The notes beneath the pieces were generated by a model. It ran no database searches. It was not told the DNA's origin and was given only the letters and a program-made list of their open reading frames with translations. 64,000 nucleotides of DNA from an uncultured Gemmatimonadales bacterium (GTDB taxonomy: Bacteria > Gemmatimonadota > Gemmatimonadetes > Gemmatimonadales > Gemmatimonadaceae). Below, piece by piece: positions 1 to 10,107 of this stretch; the first letter of the stretch is position 1; each line of letters begins with the position of its first letter. The stretch spans positions 2,944,001 through 3,008,000 of the forward strand of contig CAWKMU010000003.1 in the NCBI GenBank assembly GCA_963850905.1, read 5' to 3'. Position numbers and translations under genes: made by a program.

Positions 1-1389
1 TTGGTAACGCTCATCGCGACGACGATCGGCGCGGTGCTAGCCAGTGTGGGGTGCAGCTCCCACAGCGCGATTGGCCCCCCGTCGACGGGCAGCCTCACGG
101 TCACGATCACTCAGCCTCCTCTTCCTGGGGTATCGGCCGACGTAAATGTGTTCGCGCCGGGTTCCCATACCGGTCTGCTGCTGGTCGCCACGGGCACGCT
201 CACCGGTCTCGCCGCTGGCAACTACACGGTGACTGTGAACCCGGTGTGGAACGGCGACCCCATCGTCAACACGGTCTATCCGGGGAGCATTTCGGGGAGC
301 CCTGCCTCCGTGACCGCCAACGACACGGCGAAGGCGAGCGTTACCTACCCCCCGCAGGCGGGCACGGGGGGCCTGTGGGTCGCGAATTCCGGATCGCCCG
401 AAGGCCTGGACCGATACTCGTCGGCTCAACTCTCCAGGTCCGCGGCCGTTGCTTCAACGACCTCGCTCGGGACTGGCGATCCCCGGCCCTTTGGCGTTGC
501 GTTTGACATCAGCGGCAATCTCTGGGTCGCGCTCGCTCACGGCAGTCGCGTCGCAGAATACGCCGTCAGTCAGCTGTCTGCCACCAATCTCACCGGCACG
601 GCCGCCGTCATCCTGAGCGCGAACGCGGGCTCCTTAAGCCAGCCTGCGGGGATCGCCTTCGATGGCAACGGCAATCTGTGGGTCGCCAACGCGGCTGCCA
701 ACACCGTGGTCGAGTTCTCAGCCAGCCAGCTCGCCGCGGGTGGAACCCCGACTCCAGCCGTCACCATCGGGGCATCGGCGGGGTCCCTGGATGGGCCCCT
801 CGGCCTTGCCTTCGACTTCGGCAACAATCTGTGGGTTGCAAATGCGAACGCCGGCACCGTGGTGGAATTCGCCACCGGCCAGTTGGCCGCGAGCGGAACT
901 CCCACACCCACGGTCACCCTGAGTGCCACCGCGGGCTCGATCGTTGGCCCGATCGGGATCGCGTTCGACGCCGGCGGCGACCTCTGGGTTGCCAACAGCA
1001 ACACCGGACATAACACGGTCGTCATGTTCGCCGCGGGTCAGCTCACCGGGAGCGGCGCGCCGATCCCGTCCGTCGTGCTGAGCGCGAACGCCGGCTCGCT
1101 CGCCTCGCCGGCCGGCCTCGCTTTCGACAACAGCCAGAATCTCTGGGTCGCCAACGCTGCTGCGCCCACAGTGGTCGAGTTCACCCCCGGCCAGCTCGCG
1201 TCGAGCGGGAATCCTGCGCCCAATGTCGTCGTCAGGACCCGCGCCAACTCGCTGGGCCTGCCGGTCGGAGTCGCGTTTGATTCGTACCCGGCGAATCTCC
1301 CAATGAGTCAGTGCATTCCCCCGCCCAACGACCCGTGGGACGACTACTGCCCGACGGCCAGCGGGACAACTAGAGTGAGGAAGCGTTAG
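1..1389 (+). CDS. NHL-repeat six-bladed beta-propeller lipoprotein (5' end may lie outside the window)
   Basis: Lipobox-like VLASVG-C; Ig-like N-terminal region; six ~51-54 aa repeats of P.G.AFD..GNLWVAN. Confidence 0.8.
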   Translation: MVTLIATTIGAVLASVGCSSHSAIGPPSTGSLTVTITQPPLPGVSADVNVFAPGSHTGLLLVATGTLTGLAAGNYTVTVNPVWNGDPIVNTVYPGSISGSPASVTANDTAKASVTYPPQAGTGGLWVANSGSPEGLDRYSSAQLSRSAAVASTTSLGTGDPRPFGVAFDISGNLWVALAHGSRVAEYAVSQLSATNLTGTAAVILSANAGSLSQPAGIAFDGNGNLWVANAAANTVVEFSASQLAAGGTPTPAVTIGASAGSLDGPLGLAFDFGNNLWVANANAGTVVEFATGQLAASGTPTPTVTLSATAGSIVGPIGIAFDAGGDLWVANSNTGHNTVVMFAAGQLTGSGAPIPSVVLSANAGSLASPAGLAFDNSQNLWVANAAAPTVVEFTPGQLASSGNPAPNVVVRTRANSLGLPVGVAFDSYPANLPMSQCIPPPNDPWDDYCPTASGTTRVRKR

Positions 1390-1977
1390 CGTTTGATCCG
1401 CACGGGGCGAAGGTTCCGCTGAAGCCATAGCGTCGCGGCACACCGTCTGACATGGGTGCCGGAGAAATCACGTGGACTGACCCACCTCGATGAGGTGGCC
1501 GTCAGGATCACGAATGTAGCAGCGGATTTCGTCCCGAGCGCGCCACGTCCCTGGAGACGATGAAATAGGCAAGCGCGATGCCTTTCTTGGGCGCTGGGAA
1601 TCCTGCCTTCTCGCTCTCCACTGCTTCAGGTCTCACGGTCGATGCTCCGTAACGTCGGTTGGTTTTCTTGTGGGGCTTCGGCCAACGCGCGACGCTGGGC
1701 CGCACGTCCCATGCCGAGCGCGACCTGCTCTGAGCGGTTTGATACGGCTCATGAGCCCGCGGCAAAAAACAAAAGAGTTGAAGGAGTGTGAAAAGTGGTT
1801 CCGTTTGTAGCTCCCTTTATTCCTACGACCCTGCGGAGGCCGGTCGGCGCGTCGTGCTCGTCGATTTCGATATAAGTCCAGGGTCTTAATTCAAGGACCA
1901 GCACCGAACCGCGAATGCGGCCGGAATCATGCGCATCTCAACTGGGCCTTTGAGAACTCATAATCCTGCGAGGATGC

Positions 1978-2769
1978 ATGTCCACTGCCACCGCTCCTGT
2001 ATCCACTCGGCGAGACCCGGAACTGCTCGGCCAGACGGTCGTCGTCATCGGTGCCAGCGCGGGCATCGGGCTCGAGACCGCCCGGCGAGCTCGCGCGGAA
2101 GGCGCCAGCGTCATCCTCACCGCGCGCAATCGCGCGCGCCTTGAGGACGTAGCGCACGAACTCGACGCGGAGCGGATCGCGGCTTTCGACGCCAGCGATC
2201 GGGCCTCCCTACAGTCGTTCTTCCAAGATCTCCCAGCCCCGATCGATCACGTGATGGTCACCGCAGGTGCTCCGCATTACGGGCCGCCCCTCGAAATGCC
2301 CGTGGAGGAGGCGCGACACGACCTCTCCGACCGCGCGTTGCTGGCCCTTGGGGTCGCACGCAGCGCTGCCGGCAAGGTCAAGCCTGCCGGCTCGCTGGTA
2401 TTCATGGTCGGCGCGGGCGCGCGCCGTCCACAACGGGGGCTCGCAATCGCCTCGACTGTCGAGGTAGCGTTCCCAACGCTCATCGCTAATCTCGCGCTGG
2501 AGCTTGCGCCGATCCGCGTCAATCTGATTGCAGCAGGCTTCGTTGATACAGGCCTCTCGGCGTCAATCCTCGGCGACGCCCTCGAGAAGCGGCGCGAAGA
2601 GCTGCGCACGAGACTGCCCATTCGGCGTGTCGTCGAGCCGACGGACGTGGCCGCGCTAGCGGTTCACATCATGAGCAACACGGCACTCACGGGTGCGACG
2701 TATGACATTCGACGGTGGCGAGCAGCTCGTCTTTTGCTGAACTGCTCGGACGGCGTGTCCGGGACTTGA
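1978..2769 (+). CDS. SDR-family oxidoreductase with apparent C-terminal +1 frameshift
   Basis: VIGASAGIG Rossmann motif, PIRVNLIAAG, TGATYDI; removing one T at ~2708 restores YDIDGGEQLVFC* (stop 2738-2740). Confidence 0.85.
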   Translation: MSTATAPVSTRRDPELLGQTVVVIGASAGIGLETARRARAEGASVILTARNRARLEDVAHELDAERIAAFDASDRASLQSFFQDLPAPIDHVMVTAGAPHYGPPLEMPVEEARHDLSDRALLALGVARSAAGKVKPAGSLVFMVGAGARRPQRGLAIASTVEVAFPTLIANLALELAPIRVNLIAAGFVDTGLSASILGDALEKRREELRTRLPIRRVVEPTDVAALAVHIMSNTALTGATYDIRRWRAARLLLNCSDGVSGT

Positions 2770-2809
2770 TAACAGGCGAGTATGGTCGCCGGACTCTTCC
2801 GATTCACCC

Positions 2810-3388
2810 CTATGTCGTTTTTGGTTTCGGCCTCGCCGTCGGCGGAAGGATCCCGTTCATCCGGAGATACATCGAAAGCTGGGCATAGTGGTCTTGCCAG
2901 TCCATGGGAAGCACAATCAGGGCGCGGGCCCGGGAGGCTTTTGAATTCGGCCCACCGAACCAGGGCACCTGTTCATCGAGCTTCGAATCGTCCACGTTCG
3001 CGAGCGCGGTGGCGCAATACTCGAATGAGCGCTTGAGGTGAGCCGACGCTTTGGGTCCGTAGCTCAGCCATCCCGCTTCGGTGGTGTCGTTAGGCCCAGG
3101 TTTGGGCTCGATGGGTGGCTTGGTCCCGGAGACCCATGAGCAGACGAGTTCGTTGAACTCCGCCGAATGTACCAACACGCCGCCGAAGCTGAGCTGCGCG
3201 GGCGTGGGCCGGTATCCCAGTTTGGTAACCGGCATGTCGTCACCAGCCGCGACCAGATTCACCGACAGCCGCTGCATGAAGGTGCGGACCGCGTCCGCCA
3301 CTGGCGCACCCGAAGGTGTCGCTTGCTGCGCCGACAGGGGAGACACCGTCAGCCCGATCAGCACTGCCACGGAGAACCCTCGCATCAT
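2810..3388 (-). CDS. Secreted DinB-family protein
   Basis: GGAGGA before tandem ATGs at 3388/3385; signal peptide; YRPTP..SFG..LVH and DHYAQLSMYLRMNGILPP motifs. Confidence 0.8.
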   Translation of the reverse strand: MMRGFSVAVLIGLTVSPLSAQQATPSGAPVADAVRTFMQRLSVNLVAAGDDMPVTKLGYRPTPAQLSFGGVLVHSAEFNELVCSWVSGTKPPIEPKPGPNDTTEAGWLSYGPKASAHLKRSFEYCATALANVDDSKLDEQVPWFGGPNSKASRARALIVLPMDWQDHYAQLSMYLRMNGILPPTARPKPKTT

Positions 3389-3404
3389 TCCTCCTGTAAG
3401 GTTT

Positions 3405-3540
3405 CGATGAGGTCGATTTCTATCAAAGCACATCGAAGTACCATTAGAACCGTTCATCGGCTGGCGACGTTGCCGCGCGTCTGGCAACGCGCCGGGCTCA
3501 AGCCAGTGAGAGAATCGATGCTTGATCATCATGCGGTCTA
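3405..3540 (-). pseudogene. Internally deleted remnant of a third RidA-like copy
   Basis: CGATGAGGTCGATTTCTATCAA shared with the 3' end of 3566..4018; tgcttgatcatcatgc shared with the 5' end of 4206..4688; MMIKH and SHWLEP resemble MMIKQ and SGWLDP. Confidence 0.65.
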
Positions 3541-3565
3541 TGAAGCGCTGATTGGCGATTGGCCG

Positions 3566-4018
3566 CTACGTTGGCCGCACTGCGATGAGGTCGATTTCTA
3601 TCAAGGCGCCACGCCGAGCAGCGGGGAGGACCACCTGCAGTAACGTGTGTGCGGGCTTGTTGGGTTGATCCGTGCCGAAGAATTCGGCATACCCGGCTGA
3701 ATATCCGTCACGCCCGGCTTCGCTCCCGATGTAGGCATGAATCATCACCACGTCGCCCAGCGTCAGCTTCTGCGATTCGAGGAACTTTTGAAGGTCCTTG
3801 TAAACACCCACGGTTTGTGACTTCACATCGGTGTGTGTCTCCAGGTCCGGGTCGAGCCACCCACTCACAAACAGCAGGTTTCCGGCCCATACCGCGCCTG
3901 ACATATTTGGAAGGACACCCTGCGCCGCCGGGAGCGGAATTTGTTTGCTTTCCTGCGCCGAAGCCGTCAGGGGACCGATCAGCACGACTGCCAAAATGGA
4001 AAGGTGCTTGATCCTCAT
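3566..4018 (-). CDS. RidA/YjgF-family protein with signal peptide (paralog 1)
   Basis: LLFVSG, LTLGDVV, NKPAHT, LIEIDLIA motifs; N-terminal Sec signal. Confidence 0.85.
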   Translation of the reverse strand: MRIKHLSILAVVLIGPLTASAQESKQIPLPAAQGVLPNMSGAVWAGNLLFVSGWLDPDLETHTDVKSQTVGVYKDLQKFLESQKLTLGDVVMIHAYIGSEAGRDGYSAGYAEFFGTDQPNKPAHTLLQVVLPAARRGALIEIDLIAVRPT

Positions 4019-4061
4019 ACAGTCTCCAAAAGGGGAAGATGCTCGATTATCGTGTGATCCA

Positions 4062-4132
4062 GAGCTACTCGCGTGGGTGCACGCCTTGATTCGTCGGGCG
4101 GAGCTCTTTCGATGTCCGTTGATCAGGATGCG
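4062..4132 (+). pseudogene. Duplicated fragment of the neighbouring response regulator
   Basis: gagctactcgcgtgggtgcacgccttgattcgtcg is near-identical to 5164-5198 (ELLAWVHALIRRAEL vs ELLARVHALIRRAEL). Confidence 0.8.
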
Positions 4133-4205
4133 TGTGCCCTCATTGCGACAAGCCCTTGCTATGTGATTCTCGGCTGCTATGAAGGGCGGATTTCCAATTG
4201 GCCGA

Positions 4206-4688
4206 CTACATCGGACGCACTGCGACTAGGTCGACTTCTATTAGTGCGCCGCGAGACGCAGCGGGGAGCACCACCTGCACTGTGGTGCGGGCTGGCTTGC
4301 TCGGTTGGTCCTTGGTGCCAAAGAACTGGGTATATCCGGCCATCATTCCGGCGAAATCCGGCTTGCCACCTGTCGCAGGATTGTTCCCGAGGAACACGCG
4401 CACCATGGCCACATCACCCATCGTCAGCTTCTGCGACTCCAGGAGCTTTTGGATGTCCTTGAAGATGCCTACGGTCTGTGACTTGGTGTCGGTGTCTGCC
4501 TTCATGTCCGGGTCGAGCCATCCACTGACATACAGCGTACTGCCGGCCCATGCAGCCGCGGAAATTGGAAGGTCAGCATTCGTGGGGTTTTGACTCGGCG
4601 GCAGCGGAATCTGTTTTGCTGTTTGCGCTGAAGCTGTCAGGGAACCTGTGAGTGCGACTGCCACGAGAAGGAGCTGCTTGATCATCAT
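4206..4688 (-). CDS. RidA/YjgF-family protein with signal peptide (paralog 2)
   Basis: TLYVSG, DFAGMMAGY..FFG, KPARTTVQV, LIEVDLVA; Sec signal. Confidence 0.88.
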   Translation of the reverse strand: MMIKQLLLVAVALTGSLTASAQTAKQIPLPPSQNPTNADLPISAAAWAGSTLYVSGWLDPDMKADTDTKSQTVGIFKDIQKLLESQKLTMGDVAMVRVFLGNNPATGGKPDFAGMMAGYTQFFGTKDQPSKPARTTVQVVLPAASRGALIEVDLVAVRPM

Positions 4689-4772
4689 GCCGTCTCCAAA
4701 AACGAGAAGATGCGTGGTTCATCGTGTGGTCAATGTAGAATTGGAACGGCATGGAGAAAGGACGGTCCGCGC

Positions 4773-4804
4773 ACATTAGAGGATTGTCATCTTCCTCTCA
4801 TTGT
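4773..4804. promoter_or_regulatory. Putative OmpR/CusR-type binding site in the divergent ridA-RR intergenic region
   Basis: Minus strand reads ATGAGA-N5-ATGACA-atcct-CTAATG, an 11-bp repeat resembling cop/cus boxes. Confidence 0.4.
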
Positions 4805-4845
4805 GGCGGGTTGCCGAGCAGAACCACCTGGTCATAGGTTGGAGC

Positions 4846-5520
4846 ATGCAGGTTCTGGTGGTGGAAGATGACCGCAACTTGCGGCGGTTTTTGAGCAAAG
4901 CCCTCCGAGAAGAGGGCTTTGGCGCGGTCGAGGTCGAGTCGGGTGATCGCGCATTAGATCGCGCTCTCGACGCGAGCTATAGCTGCATCATCCTCGACGT
5001 CATGCTGCCTGGTCGCGACGGATTCCACGTCGTGACTGAGCTCCGGTCGCGGCGCGTGTTCACGCCGGTCCTCATGCTGACCGCGAGGGACGAATTGGAG
5101 TCACGCGTGCGAGGCCTGGAGGCCGGGGCAGACGATTACCTGACCAAGCCGTTCGACTTGGCGGAGCTACTCGCGCGGGTGCACGCCTTGATTCGTCGCG
5201 CTGAGCTCCACCACCAGGATGCGACGCTGAGCGTCGGGAACCTGATACTGGATCCGCTGACCCGGCGAGTCACGCAAGGCGGGCGGCGGGTAGACCTGAG
5301 CGCGAGAGAGTTCGCCTTGTTGGAGTTCCTGATGCGGAACGCAGGCCGCACGGTCTCTCGGTCTCGCATCGCCGAGGCAGTCTGGAACTACCAGTTCGAC
5401 CCTGAAACCAACGTCGTAGATGTGTACGTGAATTATCTTCGCAAGAAGCTCTCCTTCGAAAAGCGGACCACGGCGATCCAAACGGTGCGGGGCACCGGCT
5501 ACCGGCTCGAGGCGCGGTGA
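4846..5520 (+). CDS. OmpR-family response regulator (CusR/CopR-like)
   Basis: VLVVEDD, IILDVMLPG, LMLTARD, GADDYLTKPF, TNVVDVYVNYLRKK, IQTVRGTGY. Confidence 0.95.
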   Translation: MQVLVVEDDRNLRRFLSKALREEGFGAVEVESGDRALDRALDASYSCIILDVMLPGRDGFHVVTELRSRRVFTPVLMLTARDELESRVRGLEAGADDYLTKPFDLAELLARVHALIRRAELHHQDATLSVGNLILDPLTRRVTQGGRRVDLSAREFALLEFLMRNAGRTVSRSRIAEAVWNYQFDPETNVVDVYVNYLRKKLSFEKRTTAIQTVRGTGYRLEAR

Positions 5521-6926
5521 CCGAGCCGCGTCTCGCCACCGTCCTCACGAAGCGCACGCAACGCGTCACGTGGACCGCCCTCACAGGGTTCGCGCTCCTC
5601 GTGGTCGTGGCGTTTGCCGTCGCGGGTGAGGTCGCACTGCAGCGCTCCCTGCAGCATTCCGCCAGCGTTATTCAATCACTCTTGAGAGCCTACACCGACT
5701 CCACGCGCGGACCCGGTGGCGTCATGCCCGCTGCGCTGGCCGACCGGCTCCTGAGCATGGGGGGACAGGTTCTGATCACCCGAACGACCACCGAGCCTGG
5801 CGGCATGGCCCAGGTCTACTATGTGAGCCCGGGAATGCCGGAGAAACGCGTGGAAGACCTGCCCGGAAGCGCCTCGCCCGAGCAGGTCCGGCAAATCCTG
5901 CTTGACGCCATCACGCGGCGGTCACGGTGGCGGTTCGCCGTGCTTCAGCGAGCGCGCGATCCCTTCGACGTCTACGTTGTCGCAAGCCGTGATCCCTATC
6001 TCATCGGGCTTGCGGCGCTGGTAGGTGTGGTTGCCCTGCTGCTTCCGCTCGCAGCGCTCAGCGCCGGCCGCGGCGCGCGCCAGGCTGTGGCCGCGACGCT
6101 TGGCCCCCTCGAGCAGATAACGGCGGACACGCAGGCAATAAGCCCAGCGGAGCTTGGTACCAGGATCGCGAGTCCCACGGGCCAGGCCGAGGTGACGGCA
6201 CTGGCTGACAGCATTAACCGGATGCTGGACCGCGTCGACCGCGCCCATCGGGCGCTCAAAGCGTTCACGGCCGACGCCAGCCACGAGCTCCGCACGCCGC
6301 TCACGCTCGTGCGCGCTCAGGCGCAGTGGGCTCTGGCCCACCAGCAGCAAGAGACGGAAGTGCGGGACGCGCTGATGGCCATCGAGCGGGAGGTTGAACG
6401 GACCACCAAGATGGTGGAGGAACTCTTGCTCATCGCCCGGGGCGAGAATCGACAATTGGCACTCGCGCGCGTTCCGTTCGACCTCAGAACCGTCGTCGAC
6501 GAGGTCAAAGAGATCACCGAGGCCATGGCGTTCGACAAAAGCCTTGCGGTGCGCGTCGAGCCGGCTGAACCGGCGTGGGCCTTGGGAGATGCCGACCGCA
6601 CCCGGCACATCCTATTGAATGTTGCCACCAACGCGGTGCGCTACACGCCCCAGGGTGGCATTAGCTTCCGTCTCCGGAAGGACGACAGCATGGTCGGCGT
6701 GTCCGTTCAAGACACCGGACCAGGGATAGCGCCTGAACATCTCGAGCTGGTCTTCGACCGATTTTTCCGGGTCGACCAGTCCCGCAGCCGAGAGCTGGGC
6801 GGCACTGGGCTAGGTCTCGCCATCGCCCGACTGCTGGCCGAGCTCCAGCAGGGCCGGGTCATGGTCGAGAGCACGCTCGGAGAGGGAAGCGTGTTCACGC
6901 TCTGGCTCCCCGCATCGACGACCTAG
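5517..6926 (+). CDS. Membrane sensor histidine kinase (HAMP-HisKA-HATPase)
   Basis: Two TM segments, FTADASHELRTPL H-box, NAVRYT, DTGPGI, GTGLGLAI; 4-bp overlap with the RR. Confidence 0.95.
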   Translation: MTEPRLATVLTKRTQRVTWTALTGFALLVVVAFAVAGEVALQRSLQHSASVIQSLLRAYTDSTRGPGGVMPAALADRLLSMGGQVLITRTTTEPGGMAQVYYVSPGMPEKRVEDLPGSASPEQVRQILLDAITRRSRWRFAVLQRARDPFDVYVVASRDPYLIGLAALVGVVALLLPLAALSAGRGARQAVAATLGPLEQITADTQAISPAELGTRIASPTGQAEVTALADSINRMLDRVDRAHRALKAFTADASHELRTPLTLVRAQAQWALAHQQQETEVRDALMAIEREVERTTKMVEELLLIARGENRQLALARVPFDLRTVVDEVKEITEAMAFDKSLAVRVEPAEPAWALGDADRTRHILLNVATNAVRYTPQGGISFRLRKDDSMVGVSVQDTGPGIAPEHLELVFDRFFRVDQSRSRELGGTGLGLAIARLLAELQQGRVMVESTLGEGSVFTLWLPASTT

Positions 6927-6998
6927 GTCGCGCACTTCTCGGGACAATGTGGCGTGCGCGCCGGTGGAACTACCGGCGCGCCGCGGTCACGACGCACA

Positions 6999-8909
6999 CT
7001 ATCCAGCCGCGAGCTTGCGAACCGCGTTCGCGAGGAGCCGCACCCGAGCGGCATCACCCGCGGTCGCCGCGTCGCCGTCGAGCTTCGTCGCCAATGCCGT
7101 GAGCGACGTTTTGCGCTCGCCGCCGCTCAGCTTCTCTGCCGCCGCGAGACTGCGGGCCACCGCGGCGCGTTTATCCGCCGGCAGGCCATCGTTGCGTCCC
7201 AACTGATCGAGATACGCGCGCGCAAGCGCGAACGTCGCCGGCCAGATGATCTTCTTCTGGTTCTGGGGGTTGAAGACGTCAAGATGCACCGAATTGGCCG
7301 CATCGATCTCGTTCTGCGAGAGGAGGCCACTGGGCTTGAGCTCGAGAACGTTTAGGCCTCGCGTGATTTCGGAACCGTAGATGTGGCCATTATACCAGTA
7401 CGTCGACCAGAAGCCCCCCATCGTCACCTTCGTCGAATCATTGGCGCCGAGATCGTAGAACGCGATCTCCTTCGGATGCGACGCATCGCTCCAGTCGACC
7501 ACCGAGATCCCCCCTTCGTACCAGCTGTACACGGCGACGTCACGGCCGGGGATGGGGATCAGAGAGCCGTTGTGCGCCGTGCATTCCGCAGTGGCTGCCA
7601 GCGCCGCCGGGATCTTGTAATAGCTCGTGAACTGCATCCCGTCGTTTGCGAGCCCATAGATCGAGAGGCCGCCCCAATCCTTGTTGTCCGTCCCCCGGCA
7701 GTGCGGTCCGCCCCACTCATCCCCGAACACGACTTTCTTCCCGTCGTTGCTGAACGTGGCCGAATGCCAGACCGCGATGTTCGAGTCGGCCACCGCCGTG
7801 ATCCGTTTCGGATTCGCAGGATCACGAATGTCGAGCAGCAGCCCGTAGCCAATGCATGCGGCGCCGGCCTTCCCAATGGACGTATACGCCGTGATGTCGT
7901 GGCAATACATGACAACCGGGGTGATAGCCGTATGAGGCGGCCCAGCCGGCGCCGCCGGGGCACCATTGGCAGCGGCCGCAGCGGCCCTGGCGGCCATGGC
8001 TGCCGCGCGCCTGGCCTGGTCCTCCGGAAGCGGAGCGTGGTAGGTCACTGGTGCGAGCTGGTTAAGGATTCGCGGAGTGCTCACGACCTTGGCCTGCTCG
8101 GGGTGCGCCACCGGCACTTTGATCACTTCGATCATGAATCGCGGTGCGTTCGGGTCGTCGTCGGCCGCGGTTTCCGAACACCCCGCGAGCTCGCTCGATG
8201 ACCGAGACGCGGCGTTGCCCGAAGAATAGATGTAGATGTTGGCCTTGTCGTTCGGGTCCTCCACCAGCGTGTTGGTGTGCGACCCGCGACAGAGCTGAAC
8301 GCCGCCGATCTGCTTCGGGTGCTGGATGTCGCTGATGTCGAAGATGCGCACCCCGCGGAACCGCTCCGCGCTGACGGTGTCCGGTACCCCTCCGGTGCCG
8401 CAGTCGACACGCCCGGCCAGATCTTCCACTGAGAGGAAGAGCAGATTGTGATACACGGACACGTCACCCTGCCCACCAGGACACACGGACACGCCGGCAA
8501 TGCGTGGCTGGCTCGGATTCGAGACGTCCCAGATCTGGAACCCTTTGTAGTTACCCTGAATCACGTACTTACCCTTGAAGGCCAGGTCGCTGTTCGTGCT
8601 GCGAAACGTGGGTCCCGGGCCCTTCGGATCGAAGAACGGCTCCGGCGGTCGTACGGCGGCATCGAGCTGCATGTTCCACGACGCTTGCCCAGCGTCCGGC
8701 CAGCCTGCCTTCAATGCGTTGCGCGGATCCGGATTGGGCGGCGTGGTGGACATGTTGACCACCGCCACCGATTGGCGTTCGTCCCCCGATTGCGACCACG
8801 CGCGCGACGCCAGCATGAGCGAGGCGGCGACGAGCGCCAACGTGGCCGCAAAGACCGCGGATGCAGTGCGGCCCGGGCCGCGACGGGTTGCTGCGAGATG
8901 ACGGGTCAT
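6999..8909 (-). CDS. Secreted LVIVD-repeat beta-propeller protein (paralog 1)
   Basis: Signal peptide; NSDLAF, FQIWDVSNP, VRIFDISD, LLDIRDP, ISVVDWSD repeats; adjacent to DUF305. Confidence 0.85.
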   Translation of the reverse strand: MTRHLAATRRGPGRTASAVFAATLALVAASLMLASRAWSQSGDERQSVAVVNMSTTPPNPDPRNALKAGWPDAGQASWNMQLDAAVRPPEPFFDPKGPGPTFRSTNSDLAFKGKYVIQGNYKGFQIWDVSNPSQPRIAGVSVCPGGQGDVSVYHNLLFLSVEDLAGRVDCGTGGVPDTVSAERFRGVRIFDISDIQHPKQIGGVQLCRGSHTNTLVEDPNDKANIYIYSSGNAASRSSSELAGCSETAADDDPNAPRFMIEVIKVPVAHPEQAKVVSTPRILNQLAPVTYHAPLPEDQARRAAAMAARAAAAAANGAPAAPAGPPHTAITPVVMYCHDITAYTSIGKAGAACIGYGLLLDIRDPANPKRITAVADSNIAVWHSATFSNDGKKVVFGDEWGGPHCRGTDNKDWGGLSIYGLANDGMQFTSYYKIPAALAATAECTAHNGSLIPIPGRDVAVYSWYEGGISVVDWSDASHPKEIAFYDLGANDSTKVTMGGFWSTYWYNGHIYGSEITRGLNVLELKPSGLLSQNEIDAANSVHLDVFNPQNQKKIIWPATFALARAYLDQLGRNDGLPADKRAAVARSLAAAEKLSGGERKTSLTALATKLDGDAATAGDAARVRLLANAVRKLAAG

Positions 8910-8976
8910 GGCTGGACTCGTGAAAAGGAAAGCGAGCGCAAGCGAAACAGCGTCGAGATCTGACAAGTGGATCCCA

Positions 8977-9621
8977 TCATTGGCCCGGCGTGGTGGGCGG
9001 CAATGCAGCGAGCATTCGCGTCATCCGCTCGATCTCCGCGGACTGGTTCGCGTTCACATCGGTCGCGAATTGGAAGAGCAGCGGGTCCTGCGCCGCGCCG
9101 TAGGAGTGCATCAGCTCTTGCACCATTGTAATCGCGCCCTGGTGATGCATGATCATGTCTTCGAGAAACAAGCGATCGAACGCGATCCCGCGCGCCTGGT
9201 CGAGCGCGGCCATCTGCTCCGGACTCAACATGCCTGGCATGAGCATCGGGTGATCCATGCCTGCCATCGTGAGGCCATGTGGATCCGCCTGCGGCACCGG
9301 CTCGTGCCTGTCGGCCAGCCAAACCTGGATGTACTTGATCTCGTCTTTTTGCGAGACCGCGATCCGGTCACACAGCGCGAGCACCGCTGGCGACGCCCCG
9401 TGCGATTGCGCCCATCCGGCCATGACCACGGCCTGGGCATGGTGGCCGATCATGCCAGACATGAAATGCACGTCTGCCGCGGTGGGGGGTTGCACGCCCG
9501 GAGCGGCGTGCTCGGTCCCCTGTTCGTTCCCACTTCCGGACCCGGGCGTCGGAGTCTGGCCTGCGATCGCACTGGCCGACAGGAGGCCGGCGAGCATGGC
9601 CAACTGAAAAAACCCGTTCAT
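8977..9621 (-). CDS. DUF305 (ferritin-like, CopM-like) periplasmic Met/His-rich protein
   Basis: ADVHFMSGMIGHHAQAVVM, MPGML, FDRLFLEDMIMHHQGAITM; signal peptide; start uncertain. Confidence 0.9.
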   Translation of the reverse strand: MNGFFQLAMLAGLLSASAIAGQTPTPGSGSGNEQGTEHAAPGVQPPTAADVHFMSGMIGHHAQAVVMAGWAQSHGASPAVLALCDRIAVSQKDEIKYIQVWLADRHEPVPQADPHGLTMAGMDHPMLMPGMLSPEQMAALDQARGIAFDRLFLEDMIMHHQGAITMVQELMHSYGAAQDPLLFQFATDVNANQSAEIERMTRMLAALPPTTPGQ

Positions 9622-10079
9622 CGCCGGGACTGCTGCACGCGTTCCCGCAAGATGGGGTTCGCCGCTACAACGGCGGATCCCGAAAGGGAGGGTATCGAAA
9701 TCGTCGGCCTTTTCCATGACTCAACTGCCTGCGTGTAGGGTATCGACCCCAAATCAGTGCAGTGCCTGATGACGTCGGTGGTCTGGCCCTCTCACTGTCG
9801 CGGAAGTGTCGGTTGCGCCAAGCGTGTCTGCGCTCGGATCGGCGATCCCGACGGAAATGTCAACATGCGGCAAAACGATAGCGCTTCCAGCACCAGGCAC
9901 AAGGGGCAGCAAGTGTCCGCCCAGATCCGGCGAAGCCAGAAGGTCAGGAGTCGCGATGCTGGGTCGCGCCGACGGGTCGTTGACCCCCGGCGACTGATAC
10001 GAGCACACGTGATCCCCAACCACACAACCCAAAGGAAACATTTCTATTGAACTGAAACAGGGGACGGCGGACCGAGATA

Positions 10080-10107
10080 TTGACAAACGACCTGGTCGAC
10101 GTATTAT
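10080..10107 (+). promoter_or_regulatory. Putative sigma70 promoter of the susC-susD pair
   Basis: TTGACA-N16-TATTAT. Confidence 0.55.

Noticed and set aside
1390..1977. Long intergenic region with short ORF 1508..1765 and an A-rich stretch
   Set aside because: No recognisable coding motif, tRNA or ncRNA consensus; cannot support a call
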